A stretch of 64,000 bases of DNA from Camelus ferus (taxonomy: Eukaryota). Below are positions 12,353 to 25,285 of this stretch, one piece after another. How positions within the stretch are numbered: position 1 is the stretch's first letter; each line of letters begins with the position of its first letter. The DNA lies in assembly GCF_009834535.1 (NCBI RefSeq), contig NC_045697.1:89096001-89160000 (forward strand), read 5' to 3'. The notes below the pieces were generated by a model, which saw only the letters and a program-made list of their open reading frames with translations, searched no databases and was not told the DNA's origin. The position numbers and the translations under genes are program-made.

Positions 12353-13907
12353 GTATAGAGGACAAATTTAACTCTTGCTTCAGTGATCACGTTGTAGAGG
12401 GCACTCAACAATGGCCAGTGGCAAGCATATGTGAATGTAAACCCATGAATGCACCAACCACAGGCATCCTTCTGGTGCAACAAAAGTGTCATGACTTTAC
12501 TGTGATTCATGGAATTCAAGTCTGAAACATATAATTTCATCATCAATCACTATTTCTCGTCCACAGATATACTATTTGTCATGGAAATGTTCTTAAAAGC
12601 TCTAAACTGCTGCAAAAAGAACTCAAGAATATATTAATTAATCTTTAGCCAAGATATTTTCTGTTTTTTCAGTGGTTTAATTCATTTTACTTACAACCAT
12701 TTCAAGGGCAGGCTTTTGTCTTTATAACAAAAGCCTTCCAAAAGAGCTTCAAATTTATAAAAAAAAATTCTCTTTTACAAATATCAATATTTCCATAACT
12801 TTTAAGAGATTCTTGGGTGTGTTTGATTCATTTCCTAAAGTGTTAGGTGGACATAAAAATTAATTCTAAGTAATAATGTTGACACTAATTCAGTTACTTT
12901 CCTACTTTCAAATAATTACTTGGAATTAAAATTCAGAATAATTTACTTAAATTTCCTTGAGTTTTTTTTTTTTAATATATTGAAGTCTTCTGTCCTGTTC
13001 ATTGATGAGAGTTCAGTCTCTCACTATGCTATGAGACTTCCTCCAAAATACTGGCCCTGTGGTATAGTCCTGTGACAGTTAATACAGAGGAGCATGGCAT
13101 AAAAAATTCCCAAACACCTAATTTCAATTGAACAGATAGTAATGAAGTATTCCAGAAATGTGACCAAATGTCAGTACTGATTTGACAGAAAACCTGGAGG
13201 TATTTTCTGAAGAGATGAATTTGTATTTAGAAGTTGCCCCTCGGATTTATTACCCTCTACTTCTTGGGGACTCTAACAACATTGCTGATTGTGTTAGCTT
13301 GGTTTGGTTCGGGTTGTCACAACTCTTTCTTCAGCTCAGGCAACCGCAGTGAATAGTCTCCACTCTTAAGTTCCCACATCACAGCCCTGACCACGACTGT
13401 AAACAACAGGACAAAGGAAAAAGGAGAGCATCCTTCCTTCTGCTTCCACAGCTTACTTTATATGAAGCATATCTCTTACATAGTATTTTGTTTACTGAAA
13501 GCAAGCGGTTTTAGGATAAAATGAAGAGGCTCATTGCCCCTAAGATCAAGTTATATGAAAATGCTGTGCCTCTTCTAAATCCAGACTTTATAATCAGGCT
13601 AGGGGGTAGAAAAGCTCCTTATGGAGAGCAAACTTTTGGCAACACTTTAGGATGGAACTGGTGGCTGTGATACTGGAAAGCTACTGAACAAGAAATAACA
13701 TCACAGAGTTTACAGCCCAGTGCCAGTTTGTGCCAAACTCCTTGTCTTCATAAATATTTATGAGTGGTCTCTGCCATCTCGTTAGAATGGATATCAAAGA
13801 CAACAGGTGCAGGCAGTGATTGCTCAAACTAGGCCAACTAACTTTGCTACCGTGTTCCAAGTTTTACATTTAGAAGAATCTGTAGAGGGTAGTCTCTGTG
13901 ACTTCTT

Positions 13908-14720
13908 TGATTTATTCATTTTATTTTATAAAATGTTGGTTGGGCACATCTAAAAGCGAGGGACTTGCTTCCAGAAAGCTGCAGCCTAGCTTGAACAACA
14001 GATGCTATATGAGAGATTATGCCAATAACCATTTAATTACATTTCTGAAGAGTATAATGAAAGACATACAGGCTATACACGTATGTGACAGAGAGATCTA
14101 CCTCATGGCCTCACGCGGCGGCATTCTGAGACTTGGAGGATGAGTAGACGTTCTCTGGACCAAGTAGAGTGGGAGAGGGAGGGAAGGGGACCACTCCAGA
14201 GAGCCTGAGATTCCCAGATGAGAGCTCTGAAGCAGGATGGCACTTGGTTCCTCCAGGAAACAGAGAGGAGACAAGAGGGACTGGGGTGTGGTAAGCCAGG
14301 ACGGCAGCAGTGCAAGAGACTAGCAAAACAATCAGAGGTAGGATCTTAAAAGAGCTGTACAGGCCATGTTAGAAGATCATTCATTCATCCAATGCATTCA
14401 ACAAATATCCACTGAAGGCTCAACCTGTGCCACACACTGTTCTAAGGGCTGAGGATACGGCTGTGATTGAAAGACAAAGAGAAACCTGATCCTCACACAG
14501 CTTAAGTACCAGTGGAGAGACAACAAATTTTAAAAATGAGTAAATATACAGTAGGTCAATACATGCTGTGAAGAAAAATAAAATAGGGTAAGGAGAATAT
14601 GTAAGAACTAACACAGGGGTGCTATTTTACTAAGATTCTCAAGGAAAACCTCATTACAAGGGACTCTTAAGCAGATAATTAAAGGACAGGAGATGTGAGT
14701 AAAGCAGATACCTGGGAAAA
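13908..14720 (-). mobile_element. L2 LINE 3' fragments (clearest, L2a-like, from 14378)
   Basis: CATTCATTCATCC...TTCAACAAATAT...TGTGCCACACACTGTTCTAAGGGCTGAGGATAC is the antisense L2 3' terminus. A more decayed L2-like piece precedes it. Confidence 0.75.
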
Positions 14721-15249
14721 ATGTCATTAAGAAGAAGTTTTTAATCTAGATTTCCCCCTAGAACTCAGGTAGTCAGTGCATCTGGTTTAGAAAAAAAAAA
14801 ATTAAAATGCTCTTCTCGTTAACCTCTAACTGAAAATTAGTATTTCTTTCAATGATAAATTTTATCAAGAATCCGAAGTCCTAGCAGCAACTGTAGTTTT
14901 GTTACCCAAACAATTTACAGCTATTTTTACTTTTATAACAGAGTTCAGACACCGTGAAAAACATTCACACTCAGCACTACTTTGACATTTTAGTCATTGT
15001 CAGATGTGGGGCTAGATCTTGTTTTGGTGAATTACTAAGGAAGCATATATGTTACTATAAAACATGTTTAGTTTAAAAATATTTTTATGGTTTTTATGAT
15101 ATAAGTGGTTACATTTGTGGTCCTGTGAGTTTCATTTTACGCCTTATGGAACATCATTCAGGGAAGTGTCCCTTGGCTTTACCTGACTGCTAGACTTCCA
15201 GGGAGGGCCTGTGAGGAGGGAAATGTTAAGGGCCCCCGTGCTAGAGAGA

Positions 15250-15455
15250 ACAGGGGTCAAAGTCCTCTTGTGGGAGCGTCCTTGATGTGTTCAAGCGGCT
15301 GCTCACAAGCCAGGGAGGAGGAAGCAGAGGGAGCAAGTGGCAGGAGCGATAGGAAAAGAGTTCAGGGAGGTAGAGGCCCAGATCAGTAGGTCACGGGGGG
15401 CTTCACATGTGCACAAGGAGGAACCATTAAAGGGTTTTAGGCTGAGGAGTAAACT
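15250..15455 (-). mobile_element. L2 LINE fragment
   Basis: Purine-rich AGGGAGGTAGAGGCCCAGATCA and GAACCATTAAAGGGTTTTAGGCTGAGGAGT are typical of antisense L2. Confidence 0.55.
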
Positions 15456-16584
15456 TAAGAAAATTCAGAAAGCCTAATGATAAAATAAATAAATTAAAAA
15501 CTAATGAAAATCAAGAAAATTCTGCCTAACTGGGATAATAGCCTTGTTCCCTATGAGAGCCATGAAAAGACACTGCTTTCCTCCAAAGTATTTTGCTTAT
15601 TAAATCAAACGTTTCAGGGTCAGGGCTGTGCTATACTTTACCAGTAGAAAATTAAACCACGTGAGTTAGAATACTATTGAGAAACAATTTCTTTCTCTGC
15701 TTTCTATTATCTACATGCTGGGGCTTTCTAAATTTGCATGGGATTTTTTTCTCAATAAATTTACCTCTTTCCCTCTTGTCTTACTTTACATCTGCAATAT
15801 CAAAGTTTCCAGAGGTAAGACTTGAAGTTAACTAGAAGCATTTATTATCTTGTGTACAAGGAAAGAAAGCAGATGTGTTTTATCAGTTCTGCTGTTGTGA
15901 TTTTTAACGACACGTTTGCTTGGCCAGGCCTGCTCATACTTCATAGTGTTGCTCTGTTAAGCCTCATCCTCCCAGCTCAACACACCTACTGAGCTACTTA
16001 TTGCCCCGCTGTGTGGACTGTAATGGATGTTTCTTGTGACAGGTGAAAAATATACACCAGATCATAATTATTTTCACTCCTAATCACACAACTCTCCCTA
16101 GGTTAATTCTTTACTATACTCACCAATTGTTTATTTACCAGCTTATTTTCTTCCTCCAGACAGGGAGATACTGGTTTTTAACTTTTCTTTGTTTAAATAA
16201 TTGAATTTAATGTTCCTGCTGCTACTCTTCTAACAAAATATTTATTCTCTTAGATCTTCTTTAGATTCAAAATTCAAGGAGTCTCTTTATGTCATTTTAG
16301 ATTTTCTTCCTCTCTATGTCTTTGGTCTGCCTTTCTCACTTTGTTTGATACATGTATTCTTTTATTAGATTATATTTATTAGAACTGTTATGAATGCCTT
16401 TTTTTGAAGAGGAAAAAAAAAACACTTTTAAACAGAGACAGAATAAAGTAACGATAATGATTCGCCAAGAGACATTATTCAAGTTTCCTCTTGGCAGCTA
16501 AGAATTTTGAATGAACTTCATAAAACTGAGACACCAGCCAGGGGAACATAGACTTGGCCATAATAATTGCTCAATGATTGTTTT

Positions 16585-17600
16585 TGTTCATTCAGTTATC
16601 AAATATTTTAGTCTTTACTCGATATCAGGCATTGCAACAGATATTCTGGGACATAGAGGTGACTGTTTGGCATGACTTCATGGAGCTTGCAATAAAGTAG
16701 GACACATAGGAATTAAGCAAAACTATAAGTAATACACTTATTTTTTATGAATTCAAAACACTATCACAATCAAGAATGTGGCAGAGAAGACTGCAACAAG
16801 CAGTTGGCTCAGATTCTCTAAGGAGATTCTGTTTATGCTGATCCCTGAAGAAAATATGCTTATAACCGAGGTTGCAATAGCCTGGGAGAGCATTTTGAGC
16901 AAATGATTTGGCATTTTTGTGCATTATGGCTGTATCTGAGACAATACAGAGGACTGTGCTAAAAGATAAGATTGAGGAAGTAGGCAGACCAGATTGTGGT
17001 GGGCACTGTAGGCCATTTTAAGCCCTTTGGATTATGTTTCCATGAGGAATGGGAAACAAATAAAAGATTTATTGCATGTAATTGATGCACACGATTTATA
17101 TTTTTTTAAAAGAAAATGCCCTGAAAATATTATGCAAAATAAAGTTAAGAAATAGAGTAAATGCTGCTGTATGTTTTAGGAAAGTACTTTGGTGGTAGAT
17201 TTTAGCAATGAGAAAAGAAAGTAATGCACCTGCATGGGCAGGGTAAGGGAACAGAACTTGGTGTTTGATTGTGTACGAAATGAGGAAGAGAGAGAGGGCA
17301 AGGATGAGTCCGAATTTTGGATTAAACACCTAAATGAGTGGTAGTGCTTTGGATTGAGCTAAAGCACACTGTAGGGAAATATTTTTGAGGGCAAAAAGAT
17401 GGTTGTGATATTAGTTTGAGATATATTGAGTTTGAGATGTGATAAATTCAAGTGGAGGTGACAAGTGGTCAGTTAGATACATGAACCAATCTGACTGGCT
17501 GGGTTTAAGAGTTTAAGACAACAGGAAACAAAGAACATAGTGACAGTGAATAGAGCCATGGCTCTGTAGACAGTAAGCCCAGGAAAAGACCCAGAGAACA
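16585..17600 (-). mobile_element. L2 LINE fragment
   Basis: TTCATTCAG...CAAATATTT 3' end, CTTCATGGAGCTT, GTAGGCCATTTTAAG and TTGAGTTTGAGATG...CAAGTGGAGGTG...GGTCAGTTAGATA. Confidence 0.75.
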
Positions 17601-18716
17601 GTGCTGGGCATTTAATATTCAGAGTTGATGAATCTGTGATGCATGAAAAGGTGTTTATTTTTTGTCAGGTTTCAGTTGAATCTGGCTTCTTGTACAGAGA
17701 CCAGATATAGGCATGGCCCTGTCACTTCACTTGGGGTTAAGACTAAATGCAGCCCTGAGGGGGGTCCAGGCACATGACCTGCACAATAATAATCACATGT
17801 CTGGAGTGAAGATGTGAGAGGGCTGGAGGGCGATGTGATCTATGACAGTACTCAGCCCTAAAGATCCATTTCTAACAATATAATACTCAGATGTGGAGGC
17901 TCTTGAAAAAAGTGAAAAAGTTTACCTCATTATTGCAGGTTTTCTCCCTACTGTAAATAGTGATAAGTCGTCTAGGGGTGGAAATGAGAGGATGGATAGA
18001 GGGTAGAGAGGTAAGCCAAGGCAATGGTTGATTTAGGGGAGCATCAAAGTCTCCAAAGAAGAAACAATTTTCTGGTGGGGAGGGCAGAATAGTCACAAAT
18101 TCCCTGCTGCACCACACTACATATTAAACTCTGCCACTCTTTGATATGAAGAAAGGCAGAGGGACCAGATCCAACCAAAGTACTACCTGTGCTGTGGGTT
18201 GAAACAAGCAAAATGCTGTAAGTAATAGTGCCTAGTCTCTCTTCCCCTTAACATTAAACTCAGATTGAGTACTTAAAATTGAAGTAGGGATACAATTTCA
18301 ATAAAATAATGTCTTTTCAATACTTATGTATCTTATTATTTCATTCTTATAATTTATCATTTTTACATCTCTTCCTTTTACTTTCTGAATTAAAGCACTA
18401 GAATGTATTAAAAGCTGACTGAAGGGAGAGATACTAGAGATGTTCTAAATGCTAACCGACTTGTAAGCTACTGATACTTATAACTGACAGCTCAAATAAT
18501 GAATGAAAACACAGCCATGGATTGATCGGTAAACCTGGAATAGATCATGGAGGCCTTCAGTAGCAACACAGGGACTATGAATACTCTATTAGTAAAGCTG
18601 GTGAGGTTGAAAGAGTATTGGTCCTTTGGTGTGTAGATGGTTGCATAATCTACCCAAGATGAGTTAATGTTAAATTGTCAGGGAGAATAAAGGATGGATG
18701 AAGGCAAGAATAATAA

Positions 18717-19234
18717 TGTAACAAGGAAGAACAAATCTGACTCCATAGCAAATCTGTTCCTTTAGCTCTAACCCTGTGCTCTGTTTCCTGTGCTTAGTCA
18801 TGCTAGTTCTGCACCTTTTGTAAAAGAATATTTTCTATAGCCTAAAATATACAGGATAGGCCATTCTCAAGGCTCTGACCTTTAAGGGTATAACACTTTT
18901 CCATTTATATAGACATAAAAAGTTGCAGAACAGACAATAACATTAATCCTGTTGAAGGTTTACAGGAAAATCATGACCTTACCAACGTGGACAGTGTCAA
19001 GAACAAAGGATTCTGACACCAAGAAGTTTACACCAACTAACCACACCCTCTTCCCTTTTTCGTATAAAAGGAGCCTGAATTCTGACTTGGGATAGATGGT
19101 TCTCGGGGACATTAGTTCCCCATCTTGTGTCTGCCAGCTTTCGGGATAAAGTCATTATTCCTTGCCCCAACATCTCGTCTCCTGATTATCTGGCCTGTCA
19201 TGAGGTGAGCAGAATGAGTTTGGACTTGGTAACA
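18717..19234 (+). mobile_element. Endogenous retrovirus solo LTR (518 bp), probably ERV1 class
   Basis: TG...CA termini (TGTAACAAGG ... TTGGTAACA) and exact 4-bp TSD ATAA at 18713-18716 and 19235-19238. TATAAAA at 19063-19069; degenerate polyA signal GATAAA at 19145-19150. 4-bp TSDs are typical of ERV1. Confidence 0.88.
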
Positions 19235-19481
19235 ATAATGACAGATTAATTACGTACAAGCTCATTTTCTAGTGTTCAGTACCTTGATGGGTACATGCAC
19301 ACACAAATTTCTATGTGACTTTTTGGATTTAAATATTCAGGTGATATTTTTATACAATCTAGGCTAAAGTATTCTGTACCACAGTCTCAAATTATTTGAA
19401 CTATTTGGATTTGTAGGAGAAGTGATAACTGGAGCCAAGTGTTCACCATGAGAATTTAACACATAAGTATCTAGAAATTAG

Positions 19482-19905
19482 TTCATTTATCATTCCACAT
19501 TTGCTCACTGACAGTCTACCACTTGCCATGGCCCCACTCTCTCCTAGGAGCTTGGGATGCCAGAGTCAACAAAATAAAGTCTCTGCTCTCATGGTCCTTA
19601 CATTTTTATGAGAAGAAATTCTTAACAAAAATCCATAAAATAAACACGTAACTGTTTAGAGTCTATTAGTAACGTTAAGGGCTGTAAACAAATTATAAAG
19701 TAGGAAAGGAGGCGGACGCATCATCAGAGTGAGCTGTGCTGTTTTACGCAGTCATCAGAAGGTCACACTTGAGTAGAGGCTTGTTAAAGGAGGGTGGGAG
19801 GACTTGCCAAAGTCTGGGGGAGAGCATTTTAGAGAGAAGGAATAGCAGAAGCAAAGGATCTAAGGCAGAGATGTGCTTTGTTTGTTCAAGAAGAGCAAGA
19901 AAAAA
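19482..19905 (-). mobile_element. L2 LINE 3' fragment
   Basis: TTCATTTATCATTC, AAAGTCTCTGCTCTCATGG, GGGGGAGAGCATTTTAGAGAGAAGGAATAGCAGAAGCAAAGG. Confidence 0.7.
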
Positions 19906-20544
19906 TGCCTTTCATGTTCAATGTGTCCTTGGCTATTTTTTTCTTAAAATTGATCTCCTTTTAAAAGCAAACTCTCTTAGGGGATAAAAATAATTATTTA
20001 AGTAAGCCAATGGATTAATTTTTATACAAGTAGACGTGATAGATTGAAGCTATAATACTATTTCTTATGTTAAGTATGAGAGAATGCGTTTCTTTTTCAA
20101 ATTATACAATTTTGTTTATGGTGGTCAGTAAAATGTTTCATTGTATATTGTTTGAGCATTCAGTAGTCACCGTGAAATAAAATGTGTCTCTATTTCTGTG
20201 GTTCTCTGGGAAGTGATTTATTTTCAGGGCAGCTCTCTGCAAAATGAACATTCTTTCATCCATGTAAGTACAGAATAATGAAATTCTATGCACCTTCCCT
20301 ATAGTTTTGTGTTTTTATTTTTCAGTCCTCAGAAGCCTGCAAAATGTATTGGGTTATGAAACAGGGAACTTACTATCTAACCAAAACTATGTTTGCGACT
20401 GGAGATTTCTCTTATATCAGTGGCTTGGTACCTGGTAAGGGGGTTTTCAGATTTGATAAGCCTCAATTCTTAAAACACAGTTGCCTTCCCCTGCCTGCTC
20501 CATCACATGAAAAGAAGTAACAACTTTCTCTTCCTGTTAGTCTA

Positions 20545-20730
20545 GCTGCTTAAAAATAACACATTCCAGCAAGGAGGGAGGGAGGGAGATTACAAGCAAC
20601 AGGACATATGAGACTTGCCAAGGGGGCCAGCATTTCCTGGCTCACAATTGCAGGAAAGGCTTTGCTCCATTATCAATGGGACCTGGATGCTTTGATAGGC
20701 AATTGTTTCAAAAGGCTAAACAACATTTGC
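20545..20730. promoter_or_regulatory. Candidate enhancer (adjacent MEF2 and TEAD motifs, SOX-like motifs)
   Basis: TTAAAAATAA (20550-20559) next to ACATTCCA (20561-20568); inverted CCATT-ATC-AATGG (20667-20679); no repeat recognised here. Motif evidence only. Confidence 0.35.
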
Positions 20731-21211
20731 AGTTGAAATACTGTGTGTGTTACACAAGGCTTGTGTGGAGGAAATATAGCACCAGATGGATCAGACAATA
20801 GTCTTGTCTCGTGTTTTGTTCTTTTACGGTAATAAAATAAAAACTAAAAAATATAGCCATATACAACTTTGCTTTTAATAAAGTCTCTGTTGTTTTATAA
20901 AAGAATGGTGGACTTGTCATGAACAATACAGATTTCCTTTGCAATAATTGCTGATTTTAAAATGTACAGAAACAATGGAATGCTTAAGACGTCACAATCA
21001 CTTTAAGTAAGGACATTCCTTTTTTAGCACTCTGAATCCATCATCTCCAGTGGAATTAGAAAAAAAATGATCAACTGGTTAGAAATATACTCCCCCTACA
21101 GTCAGGACAGAAGAATGACTTCTAAACCAGTCTTGTTATTTAGGGAATATTTTGATTAATATTGCCTTCCTCTCTATTCTGAGTTCCTATAGGGAATTAT
21201 ATGATAGATAG

Positions 21212-21217
<6 letters not shown>

Positions 21218-21254
<37 letters not shown>
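21218..21254. repeat. (TA)n microsatellite, about 18 units
   Basis: Perfect TA run, read directly. Confidence 0.97.
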
Positions 21255-21258
<4 letters not shown>

Positions 21259-24200
21259 TTATTTATCTTTTCCACTTCTCAGAAAATTCACTAACTTTGA
21301 TGATCTTTCTTAAGTGTGATCAGGAAGTTTTCTTTTTTTTTTCCTCTCTTTCTGAGGAAGCTGAGAGAAACGGATGAAAAATAGAGCTTTGTTAAATAAA
21401 TGCCTATAAAATATCTATTTATGATAAACCCTGCAGTTCCATGTCTTATTTTTAAGTGACAGAAAAGCTGACAATTTCATGCTCAAATTCTGTGTGGTAT
21501 TTGGTTATCTTCAAGCAAGTCCTGGTCTCCCCTGCTCTGGGTCACTTTGGTTAGAGGATCTGCATGAACTGGGCACAATTCTCTTTCCTTCTCTCTACAT
21601 GAAAACATACACCAGTTCCAATATGTGATCAGGTAAACTCTGATGCAGTGCTGGGATCATTATGACTCCAACATGTTCTGATGTTATCCTTAATGGGTCT
21701 CCCTGAGTATCTCCCTATAACTAGAGGTGGAGAAAAATGAACCCTGACTAGGGAAAGTAAAGTTTAGACTAGACAAATATTTCACAAATATGCAAGCAAA
21801 GCTAATACAATATGTTTAAAGGAGACAGGGATTCCCATCATACACTCAGCACCCAGCTATATTCTTTCACAGCGACAATACTGTTTGCCTTTTTTAGGTG
21901 AGTAGCTGACATGTGCACTGCAGGAGGTTTGTAATCCTGGCAATTCTGACTTTTGCCTAGAAGTCATTTTTTTTTAGATGAATAAAGTGATATAATTATA
22001 ATTTGATTAGAAAATTTACTCTGGTTATGGTGTGGAAGGAAAACCAAAAAGAAAGTGGCTATTGGCAGAGAGATCAATTAAGAGATGTGAAAACACCTTA
22101 AAAAATGTTCAGAGGGAAAATTTATTTCCATATTGAAAACACTTGACAAAGGGGTGAAAAAGTAATGATGATTTGATAATATTTCCATTTTGGATCATAT
22201 TTGGATGGTAATTACGATGCATCTTTGTCATTAATAGGGGCCAATATTGTCTGGTTTAAAAATTTTCCAAACTTGAAACTATAATGTTGGAAATACATGT
22301 TAAAGCAGTTAACACTATATTTTAATTTTATCAGCACATGGAAAAATTCTGCTTAGAAAGAAATCAATGAGTATGCATTACTGCCTTTAGATGACTTTAG
22401 ATAATAAATTAATTTTTGTTTTTTGCTTGAATTTAATTGATATATAGCCTTTTAGTAATCCAGAGGTGTTTTAAAATATTGAGATAGTATAAATTAAAAT
22501 CATGAGAACTATAATACATTCCAATTTCCTCCTATTTTGTCTTGAAGACAGCTCTTTAATGTAGATGACGATAAAAGAAAACCAAACATGATCAAAAATA
22601 AATTGGCTAGTCTGTTTATCCTGTTTTTTCATATGTCTACCCAAGTTGTAGAACTTGCCATGTATTTCATTAAAGAATATAATTATGTGATTACATAGTA
22701 AATATATACTTGTGAGGTGGTGATCCAGTAGATAGCTTCAATTACAAAGAGCAAAGCAGATTTTAACAGTCAAAATTTGTTCAGGAAAACAAATTACTCT
22801 AGATAATTCAAGCAGGAATGTATTTAATACAGGGAATTAGGGGCTTACACATTTTTTGAAAGGAATGGCAGGACAAACTTCATGGAAAACAGTAACAAGT
22901 TTTCAGGAAATCAGGACATTTTAGAGCTGCCAAGAAATTACTATTGATAATTTCAGGTGCCTTGATATTAATTTTTTAGTTGATCATTTGTTGATTTGCT
23001 TGATTTTAATCAAGATATTCTGGAGAATACAGAATGGGCTAATTGTACATTTACGGGCGTTTGAATTTCTATGTGATTCACCACTGTTGCTGCTGAGTAT
23101 TATTTCCTTCTGTCAGCTCGCTTGTATGTATGGTTCCTATTGCAAAAAAATTAAATTCTCCTTGGGCTCAAGCTACAAATGAATTAATTCCAATTTCAAA
23201 CTTACCAAATAACAATTTTTTTCCTAAAATAGTTTTCCAAGGTGTTTATCAAATGAATAAATTTAATTTAAAACCATCTAAAAATTAATTTAAAAAACTT
23301 TAAAAAATCTTTTTCCTGTGAGCAAAGAGTTTGAAGGATACTAAAATATTAGAGATGAAGTAACTATATCTAATTAAGGGGCTAAGCCAGCTGGGTCAGG
23401 CTTATGAGTGAGCAATATATAAATGGAATTTGTAGTCTTCAGAGGCTAGAGGTAGGAAAAGAAGAAGTCAGAAGATTCTTGGAGAAAAAGATACCCATTT
23501 GCCTTTGAGAGCTGTATCTGAACACTCAGTAGGGACCCCACTACTGGACAGGTAGTACCAAAGGCTAATGGGCTAAGAGAATCTTCGGAGACTCTAAAGA
23601 CCACTGAGGACTGAGCACAGTGGAGAAAACAACACAGGCCATGCATAAGGAGACAGAAAATTGTTTGAATATTAGCTATGTTGACCCTAGCAGGGAGAGT
23701 ATTTGAGAATATTTCTTAACTTTGCCAAGTATAGGATTTTAAAACTACAATTTGTGTTAACACTTATTTCATAAATGCTAATATGTATGAACTGTGTGGC
23801 AAACAATAGGTTCTAAACAAATGTACGCGTCTCCACATTCTCTTCCTATTTGCATATAAACTAAGTTTTGAGAAAGTCTATCCACCCTTTCTGTTCTGAA
23901 ATCTGGTCTGTTAGGAATGGACATCTCCATTTGCTCCAAGTTTTTGGACCATGCCAAATTCTGAGGATCCTACTAAAGGAGCAAAATTTCATGTAGAAGT
24001 TTTATAAAATGCTTGAGTAAGTTTACATAAAATCACTCTGTGGTTCTACCATAGTATTTCTTCAAAATATCTTGGGAGTCCTTGAAGAGTAGAGGCAGTG
24101 GGTAAAGTAGCAAGCGATGTTCGAAGAATCTTATTTCCAGGGAGAAGCATATTATTTGACATACAAAATAAGGAGTAAAACTATTTAACAATTTAGTGGA

Positions 24201-25010
24201 ATAAGTTAAATTAAAAAGATAAATCAAGCAAAGCATTTTAAAAAATTAACGACAATATTTGTAAAATAGAATTAGGCTCAGACTTAATATTTACTTTATT
24301 TTTAATACTGGCTCCTAATGGAAGTTAAAAACAGCTGGCTTTGTTGATCTAATGATTCCATGTAAGTCTGAATAGGCAGAATCAGAATCATTAAAGTTCC
24401 ATTCTCATCAGATCTGTGCTTGAGAAAACTAAGTGTATACTCTTGCAGTAATTTATTATAGACATTTTTTATTTGTCCTAGATACATTATTAAAATGACA
24501 GAAGGGAATGAGATGAAATAGTACAGCAATTACACAGTTTAAAACTTTTCAATTATAGAGAAGCATTCAACTGCATCCTTCATTACCACCATCTGCGTTG
24601 TATATATCACTCTGAGATTAATAGCAGGCAGGGTTTGTTTGTTTCTTTGTTTATATGGAATTCAAACCAAGATAGGTTCTTCCCATCAATGGAAAAGTAT
24701 TGTAAAAAGAAAGACAGTTATCTTTCTTGGATAGCAGGACATTCTCAAGGTCTTTTCCAGACTATCTCCCCAACCCCCCAGCTCCTGCACTAAACCTACT
24801 GTCATGCATTAGCTCTGGCATATTTTTATTCAAAATAAAGGGTACATTATCTTTTTACCTAACTTAGCAAGAGAAGGATTTCTGATAACTGCATATTCCC
24901 ATCTTCTAGAATGCTATGTACAACATTGGTTTAAATTTCAACAATAAGACTCAGGGTTGGAGAAAAGTTGTCATTTGCGGTTTCCTAGAAATAATTTAAT
25001 GTTCTGAATT

Positions 25011-25045
25011 GCATCTCCTCCTAGTGGCCTCATAGAGTTATCACA
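25011..25045 (-). promoter_or_regulatory. Candidate CTCF site
   Basis: The minus strand reads TGTGATAACTCTATGAGGCCACTAGGAGGAGATGC; the core resembles CCASYAGRKGGC with mismatches in its 3' half. Confidence 0.35.
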
Positions 25046-25074
25046 ATTTCCAATATGAGTAGCTCACTTTTTAA

Positions 25075-25145
25075 ATTCAATTCAGTTCATTTCAGTTCAC
25101 ATCACTTCAATTTAATTCAATTCACCTCTGTTCAATTCAATTTCA
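25075..25145. repeat. Degenerate (TTCAA/TTCAG)n pentamer repeat
   Basis: ATTCAATTCAGTTCATTTCAGTTCACATCACTTCAATTTAATTCAATTCACC...TTCAATTCAA. Confidence 0.75.
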
Positions 25146-25285
25146 CAAGAATTTCTTGAAAACTTACTGAACACTGTGAACACTCTATTAGATGTAGCAG
25201 ACTGAAAAGTGCAAAGGTCTTTTATCTTTACCAAAAATGAACTAATTTTATGAGCCAATTATTTTAATCACTAGTCATAGAACAC

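Noticed and set aside
23360..23700. Possible ancient LTR (similar impressions at 22770-22850, 32400-33110, 47990-48125, 59230-59700 and 60560-61230)
   Set aside because: The composition looks LTR-like, but I could not identify termini, TSDs or a family; needs a Dfam search.
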